Shown: positions 49,217 to 55,503 of the stretch, piece after piece
Numbering within the stretch: position 1 is the first letter of the stretch
How the letters are laid out: each line of letters opens with the position of its first letter
Assembly (NCBI GenBank): GCA_964632315.1
Contig: CAZWEM010000028.1
Span: 1 to 55,503 of the forward strand
Source of the DNA: an uncultured archaeon
Lineage (GTDB): Archaea; Asgardarchaeota; Lokiarchaeia; Sigyniarchaeales; SOKP01
Length of the DNA: 55,503 bases
Reading direction: 5' to 3'
Made by a program: the position numbers and the translations under genes
The notes under the pieces: generated by a model
Database searches by the model: none
Told to the model about the DNA's origin: nothing
Seen by the model: only the letters and a program-made list of their open reading frames with translations

Positions 49217-50389
49217 TTACGTTTCATTTAAAACTATTAACCGTACCAATTCTTCAAACATCATTTCTATATTCTTACCTGTATTCACATTACATTCAAG
49301 ATATCCATCTATCCCACTAACTTCCACTAATTTAATTGCTTCTTCACGTGGGACTTTTCGATTCTCTTTTTCTCCACTTGCAAGCCCTACCATAATAATT
49401 GGAAAATAGGAACTCTGTCTTAATCCCTTTCTAATTAATTGTAACCATTCATCAAAACATTGAAAGGAAGAATAGTCATTAACATCATATATGAAAAGCC
49501 CACCAAGAGAACCTCGGACATATGTAGGGACAAGATAATTCTTTTTTGCTTCTTGTTTACCTATAAAATCCCAAATTTGTATTTTATATGACACCCCTTC
49601 AATTAAAACATATTTGGTTTTAAAATTAACACCAATATTCATTTTTGCATCAGAAATGATTTTGTTTGAGTAAAAATTCCTCGATAACTTATTCCATTTC
49701 TGAACATCTGGTTCACCAAACACTACAATTTTAAACATACCATATTTCCCATCCAAAGCCTTCTTACTAAATTTTTTTCTAAGAATTTTTTCATTCTGTG
49801 GTTGCATAACCTTAAGTGAAGTAATTGGATGACAATCAATGGAATCATCGTTCACCATTCTTTTAAGAAGATCTGTAAAAGCATCATCAACATTGATCCC
49901 CTCTCTTGATGAGATTTCATGGGAAAATGAAATATTAAATTTTTCTTTCAAATATTCAATATCATCCTTAAAAATATGTCGATGACTTATTAAATCCACT
50001 TTATTTCCAAGTAGCAGGGTGGGAATCCTCATTTTTTCTTCACGAAGCTGGTCAACTATTTCAGGAATAATTCTCAAGCTTTTAGGTTCTGTAAGGTCAT
50101 AAAAAAAAATTATGGCATTAGCACCTTTTAGGTACTCTTTTTTCATAACTTTATATTTTTCTTTATTAGGTAATTGCCAAATTTGCATTTTAAAAGACTT
50201 ATCATTACAAGAGAATTCTTTTAAATAAAACTGAACACCAGGATTGAGAATTGACTCTCCAGAAGAAATTTTCTTAGTGAAATTGTTTAAGAGTGTTGAG
50301 AGCCCAGCTCCATCATCTCCTACAATTAGGACCTTAAAGAATATCCCATGTATCGCATTATATACATTGAGGTGATTAATTAGTATCAC
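49217..50389 (-). CDS. Tandem double Rab-like small GTPase-domain protein, degenerate
   Basis: FKVLIVGD...MQIW...LLGNKVD, then FKIVVFG...KIQIWDF...YVRGSLGGLFIYDV. Confidence 0.85.
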   Translation of the reverse strand: MILINHLNVYNAIHGIFFKVLIVGDDGAGLSTLLNNFTKKISSGESILNPGVQFYLKEFSCNDKSFKMQIWQLPNKEKYKVMKKEYLKGANAIIFFYDLTEPKSLRIIPEIVDQLREEKMRIPTLLLGNKVDLISHRHIFKDDIEYLKEKFNISFSHEISSREGINVDDAFTDLLKRMVNDDSIDCHPITSLKVMQPQNEKILRKKFSKKALDGKYGMFKIVVFGEPDVQKWNKLSRNFYSNKIISDAKMNIGVNFKTKYVLIEGVSYKIQIWDFIGKQEAKKNYLVPTYVRGSLGGLFIYDVNDYSSFQCFDEWLQLIRKGLRQSSYFPIIMVGLASGEKENRKVPREEAIKLVEVSGIDGYLECNVNTGKNIEMMFEELVRLIVLNET

Positions 50390-50686
50390 TTTTTAGATAG
50401 GGATCTTTTCATAATTTTTAGGACAATATTCGTTTAAATATTTTTTTCATCATTATCCCATCAAATTTTTATTATGGAATATGAAATGTGAGTTGATAAG
50501 ATAAAAATACTAAAAAATAGTGAAACCATTGTATAGTATTTATTTGAACAATCTATATAAAATCGGGATAAAACTTAAACATTTTTTATATTTATAAATT
50601 TGGACAAAATAGTACGGTATACTCGTTAAAAAGCTGTTCTGATAAGGTTTTAAATTTAAAAAAAAATAAAAAAATCACTAAATTTC

Positions 50687-50980
50687 TTAATGATCTAATC
50701 GCTTCACTATTTTATAAGTTTTAAATGCGCGAACGGGTTCTGAATTTTCATTAATACTTTCTACAGGAACTCTTACAAAATTTTCATCATCAAAATCATC
50801 CAATTTCTTGACTTCTCCCACTTTAACCAATTCATTGGCGGATTTTAATTCTCTTATCAGAAAATCTCTTACTGCACATCTAATAAGCTCGGATCGTGAA
50901 GGATACAAACCGTTTTCCCCGATAAGTTTGTTTATAGCATCAATATAACTCTCGGGAACATTTACTGTCACAATTTTCAT
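50687..50980 (-). CDS. Ribbon-helix-helix (CopG/MetJ) transcriptional regulator
   Basis: MKIVTVNVPESYIDAINKLI...YPSRSELIRCAVRDFL. Confidence 0.9.
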   Translation of the reverse strand: MKIVTVNVPESYIDAINKLIGENGLYPSRSELIRCAVRDFLIRELKSANELVKVGEVKKLDDFDDENFVRVPVESINENSEPVRAFKTYKIVKRLDH

Positions 50981-51028
50981 GTTATCACAATCCATCTATT
51001 ACTGATTAAGCCATATTAACATTTGGGT

Positions 51029-51062
51029 GAAATCCTAAGGATTTCTGGTGGTTTAAACTGCC
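51029..51062. promoter_or_regulatory. Two adjacent palindromes upstream of the RHH gene (candidate operator)
   Basis: GAAATCCT-A-AGGATTTC (perfect 8 bp) and GGTGGTTT/AAACTGCC. Confidence 0.45.
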
Positions 51063-51413
51063 TTAACCTTAAATTTTTTTATATAATTAAGTATTGCAGA
51101 CTCATATATAAACCTTTTTTTTTAACCGATTAATATGACTTAAAAAGTAAAATTTTACTCAAAATAAATTATCGTTAATCTAATATAAGATTTATTAATT
51201 TGGGAAAAATAGTTTCCTCCATTAAGATTTTTAAGAACGTTAAATTTTTTTTTTGATCATCTTTAAAAACTGACTCTTAATTGTTTTATGACTTTTAATG
51301 AAAGTTTAATAATTGTTCATATAATATAAAAAATTTTCAAAAATAATTTCATTTACCAGTATTTCATATGAATTATTAGATTTTATATTTGAGTAATTAT
51401 GGTAGATTTTGCA

Positions 51414-52460
51414 TTAATATTCTGACTTAAGATCGACAACATTAATAAAATCTTTTTCATTTCTTGATATTTTTTTTAAATTCTCAATTACTTCATTCCA
51501 TCTTAATAAATCATCGAAGGGAGAATAACCTCTATGGGGAGAAAGGATAATGTTATCGAGTTCATGAAAAGGATAATTATAGGGATACTTGCGTCCTTTA
51601 CTATCTTCAGAGGGTTTATAAATATACCAGACATCTATTGCGGCCCCAGTGATGACATTATTCTTAAGAGAATTGTAAAGTGCTTTTTCCTCAATAATGT
51701 TCCCACGAGCAACATTAACTACTAATCCCTTTTTATTTCCCTCACCTAATAATCGCAATTCCTCTTCACTTATCATATTTTCTGTTAGACTAGTGTGAGG
51801 AAGAGCTATTATTAGCGTATCTATTTCATTGCAAAATTCTCTAATTTGAGAAGGGTCATATCTCTTAAAAAAAGTGATATTATTATCTTTATATCCTTGC
51901 CAATTATTCTTCAATATATGAAACTCGACATTAAAACCTGAAAGCATCCGATGTACTTTTTGATTGATTGCTCCATATCCTAAAAGTCCAATTTTTCGAA
52001 ATCTCAATGGAATAGAAGCAACTTCAGAATCTCCTGTCCTCCATCTCCCTTGCTTCATCCAGAGATGATGGGGAATAATTTTATTCATTAAGGCTAAAAG
52101 GAGTGCAACAGCATGCTGTGCGACAAAATAGGAATTTCCATGACCATTAATTAATACTACACGCTTGTTTTTTGTAATTTCTTGAAATAAATCAATAAGA
52201 TGTTTAACTCCAGCACCAGGATTGATAAATATTTTTAAATTCTCAGCTTTCTCCAACAATTCCTTAGTTGGGCGCCACCCTATCAAAACATTCGCATCAC
52301 GAACTAGTTCTAATAAAGCTTGATGGGAAAAATTAGAGGGATAGATGAAATTAATATTTCTATAATCAACCAAATTATCTGCTAAATAATCACGGACTCG
52401 TTTTGAGACCTCATTAATAAATAAAACGTTAATAGTATTACTTGACATGTTTTCAGTCAA
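51414..52460 (-). CDS. D-isomer-specific 2-hydroxyacid dehydrogenase
   Basis: GLLGYGAI, ALPHT..T, VNVARG, AAIDVW, LSPH. Confidence 0.92.
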   Translation of the reverse strand: MTENMSSNTINVLFINEVSKRVRDYLADNLVDYRNINFIYPSNFSHQALLELVRDANVLIGWRPTKELLEKAENLKIFINPGAGVKHLIDLFQEITKNKRVVLINGHGNSYFVAQHAVALLLALMNKIIPHHLWMKQGRWRTGDSEVASIPLRFRKIGLLGYGAINQKVHRMLSGFNVEFHILKNNWQGYKDNNITFFKRYDPSQIREFCNEIDTLIIALPHTSLTENMISEEELRLLGEGNKKGLVVNVARGNIIEEKALYNSLKNNVITGAAIDVWYIYKPSEDSKGRKYPYNYPFHELDNIILSPHRGYSPFDDLLRWNEVIENLKKISRNEKDFINVVDLKSEY

Positions 52461-52615
52461 ATTAATTTTATATTGATTAATAATTAAAACAAGCTTAATG
52501 ATTTATTGTCTATTGTTGGATAGTGAATATTCCATAAAGTTAAATAAATTTTTATAACCTCTACTCGTTGATATAATTATAAAGATAACTAAAATTTTAT
52601 GTGAGATAATCTTTA

Positions 52616-53965
52616 ATGTCTGAGTCAAAACTATTTAACATGTTTATATCAAATATTGAGTTCAACATTGAGGAGTTCCTAATAAAAGAACTTACAGATA
52701 TGCAAAAAGAAATAATTGATGAAGCTAGTTTCATATTTAAAGATAATATTGTTGGAGATTTAACAACTTTTGGGGGCAATATTAAAAAGAACGAGGAAAA
52801 GTTTGATGAATTCAGTAAAAATGCAGAAGAAGAAATGGAAAAAGATCAATATAAGGAGATAAAAAAGGAACTCAAGGAATTTCTCAAAATGTTACCAGAA
52901 ATGATCATAAAAACTTGTTATGCTATTATTCCAGTTAAAGAATTACCATGGGAAAACGTTATTTTTCGTACCAAACCTCAAATCATATTCGATGAGAAAA
53001 TTAAATTGGTCGACAATGTGATTTCTTATTATGGATTAACGAACTGTTATTTAGGAAGAACTACCATTTATGGAAAAATAAATGGTCAAGAGCCATTATT
53101 CGCTCCATTTACTGGGAATTTAGATTTAGGAGGTTTGAGATTGGAAGAATTCAAGGAAGAATCTAACTCATTCATCTACGTGGATAATATTATTAATTCG
53201 TTAGATGCTGCCATTACGAAGAGTCAATTAGCGAAATATCACGAACAATTTTCAAGGCACGGTGATCCTGTAGCTGATTTTTTGATGAAAAGAGAAGAAT
53301 TAATAGAAGTAATGTCTCGATTAACAACTTCTTTAGAGAGTGGAAGAGCTAAGTCTGATATTGCCCTAAGTTCTATTGCATTGCCTATACCCTCAAAAAA
53401 TAAGACTCTGACTATAGTTATAGAAGAAAGCTCCGAAAATGATAAATATACAAAATGTTTTGAAGCATTTCTAAAGTTTTCAGCAGCATGTTGTGAAATT
53501 CCAAGTATATCTTCGGCGGGGAGTCAACAAGAAACTCAATCCGGTCAAATACGAACTCCAGGAGGGCAAGAACTAAAAGAGTGGACAGCGGAGGAATTAG
53601 CTCAAGAAGCTCAAAAAAGACTTTCGACTCGACCCGAAATGCCAGTTTGGACTGAAGAAGAGCTTTCAGAATTCGTTTCAGAAAGAGGGACGGGAATTCC
53701 TGAGGGAATGGAAGTGTGGACGGAAGAAGATTTGCAAGAACTTGCAAAAAAACGAAGTGGTGGAGGATTAAACATTCCAGAATGGGAAGATCAAGAATTT
53801 CCAGAATGTAAAAATTGCGGATACTCTTTAAGACCCGGATGGGAAAAATGTCCAATTTGTGAGACTCCAGTTGAAGAGGATGATAATGAAGCCTCCAATA
53901 GTCAAGAAAAATCAGAAGAACTTGAAGAAGAAACCTCAGAGGAAGAATCCACAAAAGAAAACTGA
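52616..53965 (+). CDS. Hypothetical protein with WTxE(E/D)L repeats and C-terminal zinc ribbon
   Basis: WTAEEL/WTEEEL/WTEEDL repeats; CKNC..CPIC; acidic tail. Confidence 0.75.
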   Translation: MSESKLFNMFISNIEFNIEEFLIKELTDMQKEIIDEASFIFKDNIVGDLTTFGGNIKKNEEKFDEFSKNAEEEMEKDQYKEIKKELKEFLKMLPEMIIKTCYAIIPVKELPWENVIFRTKPQIIFDEKIKLVDNVISYYGLTNCYLGRTTIYGKINGQEPLFAPFTGNLDLGGLRLEEFKEESNSFIYVDNIINSLDAAITKSQLAKYHEQFSRHGDPVADFLMKREELIEVMSRLTTSLESGRAKSDIALSSIALPIPSKNKTLTIVIEESSENDKYTKCFEAFLKFSAACCEIPSISSAGSQQETQSGQIRTPGGQELKEWTAEELAQEAQKRLSTRPEMPVWTEEELSEFVSERGTGIPEGMEVWTEEDLQELAKKRSGGGLNIPEWEDQEFPECKNCGYSLRPGWEKCPICETPVEEDDNEASNSQEKSEELEEETSEEESTKEN

Positions 53966-54059
53966 AAAGAGTTTCGATTATACGTTTCCTATTTTTTTAT
54001 AGCTGACCGATACAAACTTTTTAATTAGTTTAATTATTTTACTAACCAAGTATAAACCA

Positions 54060-55082
54060 TTGGAATTCCCTTTGTTATCAAACATTTTCTTGTTAATTGG
54101 TAAAAGCTTTTACGATTTAAAGGATGTAGATATATATAGTTATCCAGACGACATTAACAAAAAAAAAGATGCTGATTTCATACACAAGGTAATTTTTGGA
54201 CACGATCACAACAGTGATCCCATATTTGATGATCAGAGTTCCTCTCAAACATTAAAGTTTGAGAATTATGAAATGGATTGTCCTGTGTCTCAAATAGTTG
54301 ACGGTCAAAACGTCTATACAATATGTGTTAATTCAAAAATGATAATCGGATTGATCTTAGAACAAGATGATAATCCGTATGATTATAAAGAAATTTTTGA
54401 GGAACTGGCATTTGATTTATTGAATAATGAGAAATGTTGCGCATTTGAAGATGAAATCGAAATAGAGAATTTCCTAATCACTCTTTTTATCGATATTAGA
54501 AGATATGGAGATGAATTTATTAAAAAAACCCCTGAAATCTCATTCGCTGCAGGGATTTTTACAAAAATATTTCTATTTGGCATTGACGATGTAGGAAAAT
54601 CATCACTTGTAAGGAGAATAAAAACTGGAAAATTCAATGATAATTATCTTACTCCAACTCGTAAATTTAATATTGAATATATTCAAGATAAAGAAGGGAA
54701 AGGAGGATTGGCAATCTGGGACCTTCCGGGTCAGCGAACGTTTAGAGAAAAATGGTTAACAGGAATTCAAGATTCAAATTTAATTATTTACATGATTGAT
54801 GTAGCGAATCAATTGCGTTTTGAGGAAGCAAGAAGAGAATTTTGGAATTTAGTAAGGGAATATGATCTATCAGAAATTCCAATTATTATTTTGGGAAATA
54901 AAGTCGATTTAATTAATATTAAGGATAAAAATGGAGATCAGTTACACCGAAGAATGCAAGAGATGATTGATTTTCTCGAACTTGATAAACTTGATAATAA
55001 TAATTGGAGATTTCTTTTCACTTCTGTTAAAACAAATTACAATATTAAAGAAGTCATGGAAACCGTTTTTAACATGATTTAA
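54060..55082 (+). CDS. Arf/Ras-superfamily small GTPase with an N-terminal accessory domain
   Basis: G1 GIDDVGKS, G2 PT, G3 WDLPGQ, G4 NKVD, G5 TSV; about 165-aa N-terminal domain. Confidence 0.9.
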   Translation: MEFPLLSNIFLLIGKSFYDLKDVDIYSYPDDINKKKDADFIHKVIFGHDHNSDPIFDDQSSSQTLKFENYEMDCPVSQIVDGQNVYTICVNSKMIIGLILEQDDNPYDYKEIFEELAFDLLNNEKCCAFEDEIEIENFLITLFIDIRRYGDEFIKKTPEISFAAGIFTKIFLFGIDDVGKSSLVRRIKTGKFNDNYLTPTRKFNIEYIQDKEGKGGLAIWDLPGQRTFREKWLTGIQDSNLIIYMIDVANQLRFEEARREFWNLVREYDLSEIPIIILGNKVDLINIKDKNGDQLHRRMQEMIDFLELDKLDNNNWRFLFTSVKTNYNIKEVMETVFNMI

Positions 55083-55170
55083 ACCAAAAGCCAATGAGTT
55101 TAAAGAATAAATTTATAAATCTGAAAAGTTAAATTTCTATTATATTACAAAAAATTGAAAAGCATCCGCC

Positions 55171-55503
55171 ATGTTTAAAAGATTAAAAAAAGATTTAACC
55201 ATCAATATTGAAGAAAAAGAAGGGCAACTTTTTTTAGGAGATAAAAAGAAAAATTTACGTCTAGTCATGCTTAGACCGAATGAATTAATGGAATTTTGCG
55301 AGTTTACTGGTACAAATGCCGATGATATCCTAATCTGGGTTGGTAAAACTTTAGGTAAAAGTTTCATGGAACAATTTTTCTATAATAAAGATTGGAGTAG
55401 TGAATCGTTAGCTGTAAAAAAAGAGGTTTTATTGGGTGTTTTAGAAGCACTAATGCTCATGGGATATGGAGGCTTAACTGGAATGTTCAAGAAGGATCAT
55501 GCT
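55171..55503 (+). CDS. V4R-domain (Bet3/TRAPP-related fold) protein, 3' end outside the window
   Basis: MFKRLKKDL...RLVMLRP...ILIWVGKTLGK...LMLMGYG; open to the window end and absent from the ORF track. Confidence 0.65.
   Translation, partial: MFKRLKKDLTINIEEKEGQLFLGDKKKNLRLVMLRPNELMEFCEFTGTNADDILIWVGKTLGKSFMEQFFYNKDWSSESLAVKKEVLLGVLEALMLMGYGGLTGMFKKDHA

Noticed and set aside
50370-50395. A further ATT start for the tandem GTPase (AAGTGA, 5 nt, ATT)
   Set aside because: The SD is weak and an in-frame GTG is available, so it cannot be discriminated.
1744-55367. Many short antisense or nested ORFs (e.g. 4858-5139, 10643-10930, 17736-18128, 30679-31095, 53418-53954, 55140-55367)
   Set aside because: They are shadows of well-supported genes and carry no motifs.
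1-55503. Selenocysteine/pyrrolysine recoding, CRISPR arrays, tRNA/rRNA genes, IS elements
   Set aside because: I noticed no conserved gene interrupted by TGA/TAG, no regular repeat-spacer array, no GC-rich structural RNA and no transposase, by eye only.

Overview
AT-rich archaeal chromosomal window, most likely from an Asgard archaeon (Lokiarchaeia-like). This is inferred from RadA, EndA, eS30, an A/V-type ATPase, several Ras-superfamily GTPase domains and a V4R protein. Contents in order: end of glmS; a GH13 amylase; an orphan 2-hydroxyacyl-CoA dehydratase paralogue; a block of hypothetical genes; a B12-dependent mutase-like gene coupled to an opine dehydrogenase; eS30 and a universal stress protein (USP); a 2-hydroxyacyl-CoA dehydratase/activase operon; a VIT1/CCC1 pair and DUF47; a complete A/V-ATPase operon ending in a second, catalytically altered atpA; endA, MEMO1, PfkB, OsmC, radA; an alpha-glucan/sugar-nucleotide cluster; and a small-GTPase-rich end. 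The most notable observations are: (1) several genes (eS30, atpD, USP, an uncalled winged-helix gene) appear to start at ATT/ATC codons behind strong GGTGA Shine-Dalgarno (SD) motifs; (2) a fused glutamate-mutase-like AdoCbl enzyme plus opine dehydrogenase operon with a structured leader and a divergent regulator; (3) the duplicated atpA with GER changed to GEP; (4) probable pseudo-enzymes (a tandem pseudo-Rab and a PGM lacking its phosphoserine). I saw no rRNA, tRNA, CRISPR array or transposase. All calls come from motif recognition by eye; no database searches were run.
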